From: Hypanus sabinus
Lineage: Eukaryota
NCBI RefSeq assembly: GCF_030144855.1
Contig: NC_082716.1
Location: 53,816,001-53,880,000, forward strand
Length of the DNA stretch: 64,000 bases
Reading direction: 5' to 3'
Every line of letters starts with the position of its first letter. The first letter of the stretch is position 1. The position numbers were made by a program, and so were the translations under genes. This document shows positions 51,111 to 64,000 of the stretch, in pieces. The notes beneath the pieces are model-generated. The model worked only from the letters and a program-made list of their open reading frames with translations, did not search any database and was not told where the DNA came from.

Positions 51111-52699
51111 TCTTGTTAATTGCTGACGTACTGAACAGTCTTCATGGAATGAGCCCTTTTGTAACCTGTGAACAGCCTGTATCAGAAAAGAATAAAAAAA
51201 TGTGTTGATCATAAAATGAGTCAAATAAATTGAGCAGTAACATTTTAAATGTAAGTTGGAAGACAGATTTGTATTCTTTCTATTCCAGGTTTGACAGCTT
51301 CACTCTGTTTTGTTTAATTGTGCATTCTAATTAGGCTGATTATTCACTTTTATCATCTTTTTAGTAAAATATGGATAATTTTAACCTTTGCAGGGTTTCA
51401 GTGCTGTCCATTAGCTTCCTGAGCTACTACAGCAATTTTAGTCAACAGATCTCATTCACATATCTCCAGTCTTTTAGTGGGAATTAGAAAGAAAGGCATT
51501 TCTATTCTCCGTAATAAACAATAAAAAAAACAGAAAAAGCTGGAAATATTTAGCAGATCAGACAGCATCAATGGGAGGAGAAACAGAATTAACATTTCAG
51601 ATGGAAGAATCTTCCTCACAACTGGAAAGTTGGGAAAACAAACCAGAATAAAACTGCTGGAAGATCTTAGCAGGAAAGGAACTAATTGAAGGTCCTTTGA
51701 CTGGAATCATTAATTTTTTTTTTTGTCTTCACTCTTGCTGCAGAGTGTTTTCAGAATTTTCTGTTCTTATTTAAACTTCCAATATTTGTAGTTTTTTTAA
51801 AAATCAGTTTCCAGTAAGAAACTTAATTCTGAGTTGCAGAGATACTGTCTATCATAACCAATCAGTTATGACCTGCTCTCTGATTTGAATGCTGTCCCAA
51901 TAGTGGAGAGTCACTTCAACAGAGCCTAAACATTCATGGTTGATTTGCAGACACATCCCTTTTCACAGTTAATCCTAAAAAGGATGTCCTGCCATAGTAA
52001 ACCATACAAATCAATATTAATTTTGCTGACTGGGCTAAATTGTGTCACTGAACCTGAATTAAATTGCAAATTAACATTCAGCAAGTTTCACACGGGTGTC
52101 TTACCCAATTACATCTAGTTTCTGTGCTATTTTATCTGCCAGCTCTCTTAACCACCTCTGGTGGGTTGGGTTAACATTTCACAAAATGCCCATTTTGTTG
52201 TATACAAGTGAAATTATGCCATACAAGAAATCTGAAAGCAAGTAATAAGACTACATGGCATGCCAGGCAGCATCTGTAGATGGAGAAGCAGAGTTTACAT
52301 TTCAGGTCTCAGAGTCATTTCAAGATTCAGAATACTATTGGAACACTGTCCTGAGACCTAATTGCTTGACCTGAAACTTTAATTTTATTTTCCTCCTATA
52401 GATATGTCCACAAGTCTTAAGTATGTCCAACAGTATCTGTTTTGTTTGCTTTGCACAGAGTTGTACTTATTGCAAATTTGGTTCCAGTAGGTTGTAATTG
52501 AATGGGTTCTTGAAAGTTATTCAATATTTACTATATCAAAATATTGATAAATGGCAATAGCAGCATAGTTCTGTACTAACTGCAATTCAGTTGGTGTCAG
52601 CAATGGGAAATAATGTCTGGTATTGTATACCAGTGACTTTATAAAAATGTATTTATATAACAGAGTAATTGACATTTGTCTCCTTCTTTGTCTTTGTAG

Positions 52700-52825
52700 T
52701 TCCTCCAAAGATTCTTGACATCTCTACTAACTGTGTTGTGAATGAATTCAGCAATGTCACTCTTTTCTGTGAGGCAAATGGAAAACCAGAGCCCACCATA
52801 ACTTGGAAGCATATATCACCATCAG
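52700..52825 (+). CDS. NEGR1: NEGR1 internal exon, first half of Ig domain 2 (exon 3 equivalent, 126 bp)
   Basis: Polypyrimidine tract + TGTAG acceptor, CAG|GTAAG donor. Phase 1 joins the previous exon to give [44 protein letters not shown]. Absent from the ORF track. Confidence 0.95.
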
Positions 52826-53129
52826 GTAAGAGAAAGTGAAGCTACATGCATCCTTGACAATATTACTCTGCTTTTGATTTAGCACATTATGCTAAATGTG
52901 ATTTAGGCATAACCAGGTGATTCTGTTTTTGAGAATTCTGAAGAGTCTGGTAGAAGACAGCAAAACAAATAATGGAAGTATGAAAAGTGTCTCCTTTCTG
53001 AGATCATTCTTTCATATTTTGTTAAATATTTAGGTTAAACACAATCCACTTGTCAGAAATTAAAGTACTGACATGTTATGTCAAATTATTCTACAGATGT
53101 CTTTATTTAACCAATCAGGGTACAAGTAG

Positions 53130-53465
53130 CTATTTGATTGGCACCTATTCAACACCATAAACATATGCAACCTCCACCACAGTAGCTACCATTTGCAACA
53201 TCTAAAAAGTGAGTAGCAGTACTCACAGTAAACTCCAACAACATCTCCCAAACCTACAACCACTTCCACTGGTAAGGACAAGAGCAGCAATGGCCACAGG
53301 CACATGCCCACATCATCAGTTGTAACTTCCCCTCCAAATAACACACCGTCTAGCTTGTAAGCATATTGCTGTTCCTTCATCGTCACTGCATCTACATCAT
53401 GGAATGCTTGACCCAATATCGCTTAACAGAGTAGTTTCTCAGAAGAGCTGGACTAGTTCAACATG
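53130..53465 (+). mobile_element. Ancient L2/CR1-like 3' fragment
   Basis: Decayed LINE C-terminal-like sequence (..CTGTTCCTTCATCGTCACTG..TGGAAT). Confidence 0.4.
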
Positions 53466-53619
53466 TCCTAAAAAATAAGTTTAAAATTTTAAATTAGTCT
53501 ATTAACTGCACACTAATGTAATTTTACAAATAGTACTACAAAATCTGTAGAAACTATTTGGTGGAACTCAATCAAAAATAAATTATCTGGAAAGCTGCAA
53601 TGACTTTCCGGAGCACTGA

Positions 53620-54325
53620 TATATACAGGAAACTTGGGGTGCAAGTCCATGGGTCCTTGAAAGTGGCAAGACAAGTAGAGAGGGTGGTCACTAAGGTATG
53701 TGGCATACTTGTCTTCATTTGTCAGGGCATTGATCAGAAAAATTAGGAAGTTATGTTGAAGCTGTATAAAGCTTCAGTTAGGCTGCATTTGGAGCTTTGC
53801 AATTCTGATCTCCTCGTTAGAGGAAGGTTATTGAAATGTTGGAGAAGATGCATGAGTGCCTCACCAGGATATTGCCTAGATTAAAGCACATTAGCTATAA
53901 GGAGAGCTTGGACAAACTTGGATTGTTTTCTCTGAAGCATCAAATGTTGAGGGGTGACCCGAAAGAAGTGTATAAAATCATGAGAGGCAAAGATAGCACA
54001 GGTAGTTTGTCTCTTCTCCAGGGAGGAAACATCAAAAACCAGAGAGCAGGGATTTAAGGTGAGCAAGAGAAAGTTTAAAAGAGATTTGCAAGGCAAGGTT
54101 TTTTTTTACACAAAGAGTGCAAGGTGCCTGGAATTCTTTGCCAGGGGAAGCAGTAGAAGCAGATACAATAGCATCCTTTAAGAGGTTTTTAAATCGGCAC
54201 ATGAACAGGCATAGAAAAGAGGGATACTGACCATGTACATTCAGATGGTATTAGTCTGGACTGGCGTCATGACTGGATTAAACATTGTGTACTGAAGGGC
54301 CTGTTCTTATTCTGTTCTGTTTCAT
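53620..54325 (+). mobile_element. CR1 3' fragment
   Basis: TRILPRL..SYKESLDKLGLFSL..LRGD; GAAGGGCCTGTT 3' motif. Confidence 0.85.
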
Positions 54326-54392
54326 GTGAAAGACCCAGATATTGTCTGTGGCAGATTATTGAAACTAATTTGTGATATGTAATTTCCTGATA

Positions 54393-56646
54393 GCATTTAC
54401 CGCTTCATCTGGCAGCTCATTCCACACACCCACCACTCTCTGTGTGAAGAAGCCCCCCCCCCATGTTCCCTTTAAACTTTGCCCCTTCACCCTTAACCCA
54501 TGTCCTCTGGTTTTTTTCTCCCCTAGCCTCAGTGGAAAAAGCCTGCTTGCATTCACTCTATCTATACCCATCATAATTTTATATACCTCTATCAAGTCTC
54601 TATCAAATCTTTTAGAGCATTTTTAAACAACGGAACAATATGAGCTGTCCTCCAGTCCTCTGGCACCTCACCCATAGATACCAACAATTTAAATATATCT
54701 GCCAGGGCCCCTGTAATTTCAACACTATCTCCTTCAAGGTCCGAGGGAATACCCTATCAGGTCCTGGAGATTTATCTACAGTACTCTGATTTGCCTCAAG
54801 ACAGCAAGCACCTCCTCCTCGTCAATCTGTATAGGTTCCATGAACTCACTACCTGTTTCCCTTACTTCCATAGAGTCCATGCCAGTTTCCTTAGTAAATA
54901 CAGATGCAAAAAACCCATTTAAGATCTCCCCCATTTCTTTTGGTTCCAGACATAGCCAACCACTCTGATCTTAAAGAGGACCAATTTTATCCCTTACTAT
55001 CCTTTTGCTCTTAATGTACCTGTAGAAGTCCTTAGGATTATCCTTGACTGCCAAAGCAACCTCGTGTCTTCTTTTAGCCCTCCTGATCTCTTTCTTAAGT
55101 ATTTTTTGCACTTTTTATACTCCTCAAGCACCTTATTTGCTCCCTGTCGTGTATGATACATGTCATACATCTCTCTCTTCTTTATCAGACTTCCAATATC
55201 CCCCGAGAACCAAGGTTCCTTATTCTTATTCACTTTGCCTTTAATCCTGACAGGAACATACAAACTCTGCACTCTCAAAATTTCTCCTTTGAAGGCCTCC
55301 CACTTACCAATCACATCCTTGCCAGAGAACAGCCTGTTCCAATCCACGCTTTTTGGATCCTTTCTCATTTCTTCAAATTTGGCCTTTTTCCAGTTTAGAA
55401 CCTCAACCCAAGAACCAGATCTATCTCTATCCATGGTCAATTGGAAACTAATGGTGTTATAATCACTGGAACCAAAATGTTCCCCTATATGCACTTCTGT
55501 CACCTGTCCTAACTCCTAATAGGAGATCCAATATTGCATCCTCTCTAGTTGGCACCTCTATATACTGATTTAGAAAACTTTCCTGAACACATTTTACAAA
55601 CTCTAACCCATCTAGACCTTTAACGGTATGGGAGTCCCAATCAATATGTGGAAAATTAAAATCCCCTACTATCACAACTTTAAGTTTCCTGCAGTTGTCT
55701 GCTATCTCTCTGCAGATTTGCTCCTCCAATTCTCGCTGACCATTGGGTGGCCTATAATACAACAGCATTAATGTGGTCATACCTTTTCTGGTTCTCAACT
55801 CCACCCATATGGCCTCGGTAGACAAGCTCTCTAATCTGTCCTGCTGTAAATGTTAATGCTGTAGCATTTTCCCTGTCTAGCAATGCCAACCCCCTCTCCC
55901 CCCCCACCACACCCTTCATCCCTCTGCCTCTATCACGTCTGAAACATCAGGACCCTGGAACATTAAGCTGCCAGTCCTGCCCCTCCTGTAGCCAAGTTTC
56001 ATTAGTGGCTATAATGTCATAATTGCATGTGTCAATCCATGCCCTCAGCTCGTCAGCCTTCTCCACAATACTCCTCGCATTGAAATAGACATACCTCAGA
56101 AGATTATTACCACCACACACAACCCTTCTTTTTGTGACTTTGCATGAACTTCTAACATCATTTATTTTCACTCCCGCTCCACTATCTGCTCTGGCACTCT
56201 GGTTCCCATCCCCCTGCAAATCTAGTTTAAATTTCCCCCCACCCCCACCACCAGCAGCACTAACAAACCTCCCTGCAAGGATATTGGTCCCCCTGTAATT
56301 CAGGTGTAACCCATCTCTCTTGTACAAGTCCCACCTGCCCCAGAAGAGGTCCCAATAATCCTGAAATCTGAAACCCTGCCCCCTATACCAGTTCCTCAGC
56401 CACGTGTTCATCCTCCAGAGCATCCTATTCTTACCCTCACTGGTATGTGACACAGGTAGCAATCCTGAGATAACTACCCTCGAGGTCCTGCTTTTTATCT
56501 TCCTACCAAGCTCACTCTTCAGGACCTCCTCACTCTTTCTTCCTACGTCATTGGTACTGAAGTGTACCATGGCATCTGGGTGCTCACACTCTCACTCCAG
56601 AATGCCATGCACACGATCAAAGACATTCCTGACCCTGGCACCCAGA
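54393..56646 (-). mobile_element. Second CR1 subfamily copy, internally deleted (esterase, endonuclease, C-terminus; RT core missing)
   Basis: VHFSTND and DGLH esterase, YFNARS and GDFN endonuclease remnants; sequence jumps from the start of RT to IEVYKIM near 54610. Confidence 0.9.
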
Positions 56647-58984
56647 ACATAGGACCAGAAGAAATAGAAACAGGGTGAGATAATTCTATTTCTTGTGCTC
56701 ACTCTGCCATTCAATACAATTGTGGCTGATGACATTAAGTTGAAAAACCAATCATTAAACTGGAGATATTAAGCATTAAAGCACTACACTTCTTTTAAAT
56801 ATATCTATTGTTTTATATAGTATAAAAATGTTATGTCCCTAAAACTGGGGTACGTTTGCTATGTAGTTAAAGAACCATATAAACAAGAATAGGTCATTTA
56901 GCTCTGAGCCTTCTCTGTTTTTCATTTAGATCATGGTTAATCTGGATCTTTGCTCCACTTACTCTGTATCACTTGAAACCCAAGCTGAACAAAATACCAC
57001 CAGCCAACTTGGAAATTCTTGGAAATTCCAGTTGATGCTGCTTCAGCCGCCTTTCAGAGGCAAGAGTTTCACATCTCCAATTCCCCTTGTACAATTTCAT
57101 TCCTGAATAGTTGAACTTTAACTTTAAGTTATGTCTTCTTGTTATGGAATCCATACCAGAAGAAATAGCTTTCCCAGGTTGGCCCTGTTAAATTCTTTCA
57201 TAGTTTAGAATCCTGAATTACATCATCATTCGGTCTTCAAAGGACTGCAACCTGGTGCAACTTAACCCTTGAAACTACTGTGGTAATGAGATAATTGAAC
57301 CCTGTATCCCTTCCGAGACCAGCTTCTTGAGACTCAGATTCAGATTTGTTTATTTATTTGATGCAGGTAGATGTGCTGGGCCAGTCTGCAAGTGTCAGCA
57401 CGCATCACAGCACCAACAAGGCATGTCCACAATGTTCAGAAGAACAGCAGATGCACCAACAACAGAATGACAGCAACAACACACATCTGCAAAACAAGCC
57501 ATTGCAGTCTCATCCAGTCTACAATGAATAATAGACTAGCTTGACTTCCATCACTCTTAACATCTTCCACAATTGATTTGTTGCAAAACTAGCAATAAAG
57601 ATTTTAGTTTGACTATGAATTTTGATACCATTCATACTATGGTGCAAGTGCTGGGCTACACTGGAAAATGAGGACTTCTTTAAAAAAAAGGCAAATCAGT
57701 AATATTTGTACATTAAAAACAATAGAAGTACTAAGGAGGAAAAACAGCACTTTTCAAATAATCTAAAATTACATTTTTGTGTTTATTTTAGTAGTATGCA
57801 ATTAACATTATATGAGGAAAATCTTTGAAATTTGGATTTATTTTGTTGTAGTGTTGTTGATCACATAAAGCCTTTTTTATGAAAAAAACCAACATTCTAT
57901 TAGTTCCATTCAGTTTATAATCTCTGCTTTTACAAGTTGATTCACTTTAAGTGGTTTTGTACACATTGATGCCCCAAATCCCTTTGATCCTCCATGGTTC
58001 CTGGTGTTTTAACACTCGGGGAATAATCCATGTGCGAACCTTAGAATGTGGACAACTGTCTTCATTCTTTCTTGTAGCAAACTGCATCTGCCAAGATTCT
58101 GTCCACTGGTCAGTCTCTTCACAGACCCTTTTTAAGTTCTATAGCCTTTCCAGTGCTTACGATAATTTCTAATTTTTGTTGACAAATTGCAATTCCCTGG
58201 GGTCTGTTTAATGCAGAATTTCTACAATATTAAGCATTTTTTAACATAGAGTCACTGAATTATCTTACAGTGTCTTATAGGAAACCAGATCTGAATAGAG
58301 ATTCTATTAATTCCAGGTGAGAGCATCAAAGGAAATGAAACAAGAGTGTGTAAATGGAGCTGAGGAACCTGATTTAACCAAATTCAGGCTCTAAGAACTG
58401 AATGTCCTACTCCTGTATCCATATTCCAATGATTACTGACTTAACTAACATCAGCTGAAATAGAATTGATTCCAGCATGCAAAGGACATTACATTCAGAG
58501 CTACAATCGCTCCTGCAATGATCATTATGCATGCCAGGGATGAGGATGTATACATGATATGCATAATGTGTGTACATACTGTGCCCCTTGAAAAGCGGTC
58601 AGATTTAAATTTCTTGTGCATGCCCTCGGATTTGGAGTCTAATGAGCAATTTGTTCCTTAAGGCAGGGAGAGGAAGAAACAGTCTTGATTGCTAGAAACT
58701 AGACAGCTGTGAATATTGGCAAAAACAACATCAGGTTCAGCTTTGATGCTCTTCATGATTAAAATGTCTAATACACTTACTGCAGGGCTCCTACACAAAG
58801 ATTGGCTTCCGAGGTGAGGAGCCATAGGAATCTAGCCCGGCAAAGGTCAAGGTTCTCATGATAAATTGGAACAGGGTTAATATTTACAAAAAAAAACAAA
58901 TTCTTCAAGTTATTTCATGAGTCTTCAGTTGTTCAGAATTTGTTGTTTTGGAATCGTAATGTTAGAGAATTTAAATTTTAGTTT

Positions 58985-59250
58985 TATTTATTTTATTGAG
59001 ATATAGCTCAGAGTAAGCCCTTCGAGCCAATCCCCAATTTAACCCTAGCCTAATCACAGGACAATTTACAATGACAAATTAATTAAGCTGGTATGTCTTT
59101 GGGCTATGTGAGGAAACCCAGCACCCAGAGGAAACCCGTGCAGTCATGGGCAGAACGTACAAACTCCTTACAGGCAGCAGCAGAAATTGAATGCACGTCA
59201 CTGGAACTGGAAAGTATTATGTTAACCACCAAACTACCATGCCACCCATT
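58985..59250 (-). mobile_element. V-SINE (HE1-like)
   Basis: Reverse complement of the V-domain (GAGGAAACCCAGCACCCAGAGGAAACCC; GGACAATTTACAATGAC). Confidence 0.8.
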
Positions 59251-59384
59251 GCTGCCTATTTAAAACAGACTAACAAATCAACTAAATTAACAAAGAGAAA
59301 AAGAAGTTAGAGGAATGAAATATTCATATGTCAGCAATGTAAGTAGTGATTTCTAAATGTATAAACATAAAAATATTTTCTCAA

Positions 59385-59805
59385 ATGATGCAAACAAAAT
59401 GCTGGAGGAACTCTGTAGACCTGGCCTGCCAAGTTCCTCCAGAATATTGTGTGTGTTGCTTGGATTTCCAACATCTGCAGGTTTTCTCTTGTTTTCTCAA
59501 ATGGCTGTCTGGCCTGATATGTCTATATTAGACCAGCTCCATATACAGTATACTACAATGTACTACAGTCCTTTAAACCTGCTTTTTCTGCTCTGCAATA
59601 TTTTTCTCTTTAAATGCTTAGCTAGTTCCATCTTGTATGTCATGAATAAAGTTATTTTGAGCAATGCACACAAAATGCTGGAGGAACTCAGCAGGCCAGG
59701 CAACATCGATGTATAAAAAGTACAGTCAACAGTTCAGGCCGAAACCCTTCGGCAGGACTATGTGTGTTGCTTGGATGTCCAGCATCGGCAAATTTTCTCT
59801 TGTTT
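59385..59805. repeat. Two palindromic Penelope-derived repeat copies (about 59385-59495 and 59660-59805)
   Basis: CAAAATGCTGGAGGAACTC arms. Confidence 0.7.
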
Positions 59806-60856
59806 GATGGTTTTTTTTTTAATCTTCTCCTTGGCACGTTCTAATCCTAAATTTATTATTCCTTGTTACTGATGCACACATAATGAAAATAGTTTTTTCT
59901 ATGAAGTACTTCTCTCGAAAACTTTCAAATTTTGAATGTTTCTGTAACCTATCCTATCAAGCAAAACATAATTACACAATATCTTGATTGTACAGTGTAT
60001 TTGGAATGAAGTTTAATTGATTTTATAGTTTTATAGATTTACAATGGTATAAAAAATCAGACAACACAAGGCTGTTGTCCCTTTGTTTAAGGTTTGAAAA
60101 TTGGCACTTCCTTGTGTTTCTAGTTTTCTTGTATTGAAGAGTGGTCAGACACCACATATTACATTGTTTTGGATGTTTGTAACATCACAAACATAGTTAA
60201 TAACTATTGCATAGCGATGCATTTACTAACACCTTTTATGGCAATGCAATTAAAAATCACATTGTTTCCAAAGTTAAAGACAATAACAATTAACAATTGC
60301 GGAGCAGACTTGTTGGGCTGAATGGCCTACTTTTGCTCCTATATCTTATGGTCTAATTATTTCTGGCTCATGCTGTGTCACTTGCTAAACATGATTTAGC
60401 CTTTTACCAGTTTATATGCACTGGATAATAGTATTCCATGCACCATTCTCCTTTTGCATTGCCCAAAATCTTGGACTATGGTTTTCTGGGCTGTTAATTC
60501 TGGCATAATATGGTCTACACATTGCATTGTAAAACTGCGAGGCTTGCAATGTGTTAAAGTTCTTCCCCCACATCATTGGAATCTCTCCACCCATGCCCCT
60601 CCCCAAATTGTAACAGCAACAATCTTTCACCCACCTCTTGAATTACAATTTATGGCTCCTGACCTCATGAGAGCCACTATTTACTGCCAATTTCTGTTTC
60701 TGCTTCAATATACTGTCGACCTCACTACTCTCCTGATTGCTCAACATTCTGCCAGCTTTTCTCCTTTCCTGGTCCTACAATAGTTTTCTGGTCTTTCCTA
60801 AGATTTAGTGGTAACTTCAATCACCACTATCTTGAACTGATTCTACAATCTACAAA

Positions 60857-61080
60857 TTCAGCATTCAAGGACTCTTTTGAACTCTTGTTCTTCAGATCTT
60901 TTTATTCGTACAGCTTGTCTTCTTTTGCACATTGGTTGTTTGTCAGTCTTTGTCTTCTTATGTATATATTTCTGAGAAATTTTATTATATTTCTTTTTTC
61001 CCTGTAAATGCCTGCAGAAAATAAGTGTCAAGGTAGCATATGGTAGCATATATCTACTTTGACCTTACATTTACTTTGTA
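60857..61080 (+). repeat. LINE 3'-UTR-like dispersed repeat (inverse copy at about 63290-63450)
   Basis: Shares TGCACATTGGTTGTTTGTCAGTCTTT with the reverse complement of 63413-63437. Confidence 0.55.
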
Positions 61081-61744
61081 CTTAGAATCATTCTCATGAC
61101 TTCCCATCCTTCAGTTGTCTGCTGGCCTCACTCACCTGTGACGTGAGGGTGGTCTGTACACCTGCTAATAATGATGCTGTACTACTGTGGATTTGTGACA
61201 CATATCTGCAATGCAAATATTCAAATAAAGACAAAATGTGTGACTTTAAATTTGGAGAATTTCACCTACGTGATTTAGTACATGATCTAATGTGAAGCTG
61301 CCACTTGTTCTTGGTTCTCACTGATATGGGAAAGTGACTTGTAAAATATTGAAATCTTATGGGTTTTTTGATTGGTTACATCATTGTCAAGAATTCATGC
61401 TCCACTGATAACAATTGCTCTTCTCTCTCCCTGGACTGATGACGCTGTGGTGAGAAGCCTGGCTCCAGCTGGCAATTTTTTTTCTCTCTACCATCTGCTA
61501 GAGTTTGATGAAAGGCAATTACTGTTCCATATTTTGTATATCCCCAGATTTATATGCTTTATACTACTACTGTTAAAGCTTGTTCACACCTCCTATGGGT
61601 GTGTTATTCTCGCAGCTTCTCGACTACAGATGACCACTATGCCTTCACTGTGTTTCCTTGCCATCTTTTCTCTTCAATTAAAATGCTCTCAGCAATTCCT
61701 CAGACACTCCTCTCCAGCTTCCATTTGTATGAAGAGACAGAAGT

Positions 61745-61870
61745 TGAGTCCTGATGAAGAGTCACAGTCCAAATAGTCAACTGTTTATTCCTCGTCATAA
61801 ATGCTGCCTGACCTGCTGAGTTCCTCCAGCATTTTGCGTGTGTTGCTCTAGATTTCCTGCAGAATCTTTT
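61745..61870 (+). repeat. Half copy of the Penelope-derived repeat with decayed hammerhead core
   Basis: GTCCTGATGAAGAG.. followed by GATGCTGCC-like arm ending GAGTTCCTCCAGCATTTTG. Confidence 0.7.
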
Positions 61871-62914
61871 GTGGTCCATCTCTATACTTCCCTTCTCCCT
61901 TATATCTCCCTTTTGCTGATCTCCCACTTCTTTCCACAACTTTCTCCTTCTGCTGAAAGCTATTCACAAAAAAAAATACATTCCTAAACTTTAGAGTAAA
62001 TCCTCAGAACTTCTTATAAAACTAATTAAACTAAGAGAAAGAGAAACTAAAGGGAGATGCAACAACTTTGTAATGGAATGCAAAAAACACAAAACAAAAA
62101 TATATTGTGTCCATAACTAGGAAAACAAAATAGAACTGCACATAAAAAATAAGTAACAAAATTAGATTTAAAAAATTACCAAACATTAAAGTCACAAATT
62201 CATGATTGGAATAATCTCTTAGAAGTTCCATACCTGAGCAATAGAACAAAAGATTCATTTGAATATACAAATAGCTGCTAGTTCCATTGATGCAGAACAG
62301 AATTTAAAGTAGCAAAAGTAACGTTCTGGGTTTTATTGTTATACACTACATATTTATACAACCACAGACTATTTGCCCCATGCAAGTTATTGATGACTTT
62401 CTTGTGATGTTCTGGAGCTGTGAGCATCATTTACTTTGCTGAGCTACTGCAGGGAATAATTACTGAGTGAGAAAAATTGTTTGTGATTTGGGCATGAATT
62501 GTGTGGTCATTAGTAGCTATTGGTGTGAGCTATTTGTATCCATTCCTTAAATAAGATATCATTTTACCAAGCAAATAGTGCTTTGTTTCATGGGATTGAT
62601 AGTTCAGCAGACCTCTGGTTGAGCTGTCAGTGTCAGGGCTGACAAAAAAAGTCCTTCTGTATGAGCACACTCTCCTGGGGAGCCTGAACATCCTCCAGTG
62701 AGCTGCAAAAGAGACAGGCACATTAAATATCACATGGAAAAGACATCCTGGTTTTGTTTTGTGTTTTTGCATTCTGTTCCAAGGTTATTTCATCTCCCTT
62801 GTATGTTTTTAATGTCTATTTCTGTTATTGTAATCAGTTTTATATAAAATTCTGAAGATTTACTTTGAAGTTAATTATTCTCCATCTGGTTCCTTGCTGC
62901 TAGATTGGACAAAA

Positions 62915-63215
62915 GATGGAGATTGCAGTTGAAGGGGCAGGGAGGTGGAGGGATAGCAGACAAATGATCAAACGGGAAAGGGGAAGGGATTGGGAGGGCA
63001 AAGACAGGAGAAGGGAGAGAGGAGAGACATATCAAAGGAAGTGGATAGGGGACTAGAGGGTGAGAATGGAGAAGACGAATTGGGAGGAGGTGGAGATTAG
63101 ACTGAGATAGAGAACGCAGAGTTTCTGACTGAAGAAAGGAATTTTGAATGAGTGAGGACGGATAGACAATCAAGATCAGAGGGAGAGACATTTAGATTGG
63201 AGGAAAGAGAACTGA
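62915..63215 (+). repeat. Purine-rich low-complexity tract
   Basis: About 300 bp strongly biased to G and A. Confidence 0.6.
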
Positions 63216-64000
63216 AAAATGCACAGCTGTCATGTCAAGCAAGTGTGACAGATGTCCGCCCTCACTGTAAGAGCAGTACTACTCCACTGATCAAAGTTCA
63301 AAGTACATTTATTATCAAAGTATGTACAGTACAGTTTACTATATACAACCTTCAGATCCCTCTTTTTACTAGCAGTCACAAAACTAAGAAACCTAATAGA
63401 ACCCATTTTAAAAAGACTGTCAAACAACCAATGTGCAGAAAATAAACAAATCATGAAAAGTATGCTGTGACCCAGAACATTGGCCTGAACCATGTTATTA
63501 TATTATTTATAAAGAAGGTCTTAATATGTTTGAGTAGTGGGATGTCACATCCATTGTAATTAATTGAACATGTGTTTTGCAGTTGCTCTGTGCAATAGCT
63601 AAAATATGAGTCACTAAGTAAAGTTTTTCCATGCCATGTGGCACAAAATAAATTTTCCATCCTGGCTACTTTTGTTGAACTCCTAACTTGTTTGTCCCTA
63701 ATCAACATTAGAAAATATATTCATGTTCAACGTAATGTTTACACTTGCTTCTAACTTGCTATTGGAAGTGCATTTGAAGAAATATTTACTCTCACACAGA
63801 GCTTTTGCTTGCCTGTTTAGCAATTTACATGTAATATAAATTTACTTAAATTTGACTAAAAAGCTATATTGTGTTAGTTGTTTCAATTTTTAAAAATAGC
63901 ATGCTTTAAGACACAGGAGAGATCTGGCGTAGTTCCAGTAATGAGTTTAATGGAAGAAATTGCATAAATAATGAGTTTAAATAAACTGTGAAATACCTGT

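Noticed and set aside
55947-56570. 207-aa ORF fusing esterase and endonuclease as a functional protein
   Set aside because: The copy is otherwise frameshifted and deleted; the fusion is best explained by an indel in a G-run.
62871-63191. Pro/Leu-rich 106-aa ORF
   Set aside because: By-product of the purine-rich low-complexity tract.
52826-64000. Next NEGR1 exon (second half of Ig2)
   Set aside because: No matching peptide found by eye; probably beyond the window, though a short exon could have been missed.

Overview
AT-rich vertebrate genomic DNA, most likely from a cartilaginous fish such as a ray (inferred from the V-SINE/HE1-like, CR1, Rex/Babar and Penelope-derived repeats). The window lies inside the IgLON gene NEGR1 on the + strand. 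Only two coding exons are visible, 15347-15579 (Ig1) and 52700-52825 (start of Ig2), about 37 kb apart. The rest is intron packed with mobile DNA: a near full-length CR1 LINE with an open ORF2, a CsRn1-like Gypsy provirus interrupted by a solo LTR, further solo LTRs, a hAT element nested in a Tigger-like element, a 5'-inverted L1, and Rex/Babar, RTE, CR1 and SINE fragments. The most notable signals are at the RNA level: (1) a U_UUA_AAC slippery heptamer at the CR1 ORF1 stop, with ORF2 open in the -1 frame, and the same motif in a second divergent CR1; (2) an HDV-like ribozyme fold at the 5' end of a short RTE derivative; (3) a minimal hammerhead motif in a palindromic repeat family; (4) a promoter-like patch upstream of exon 3. 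All comparisons were made by eye from remembered family features; no searches were run.
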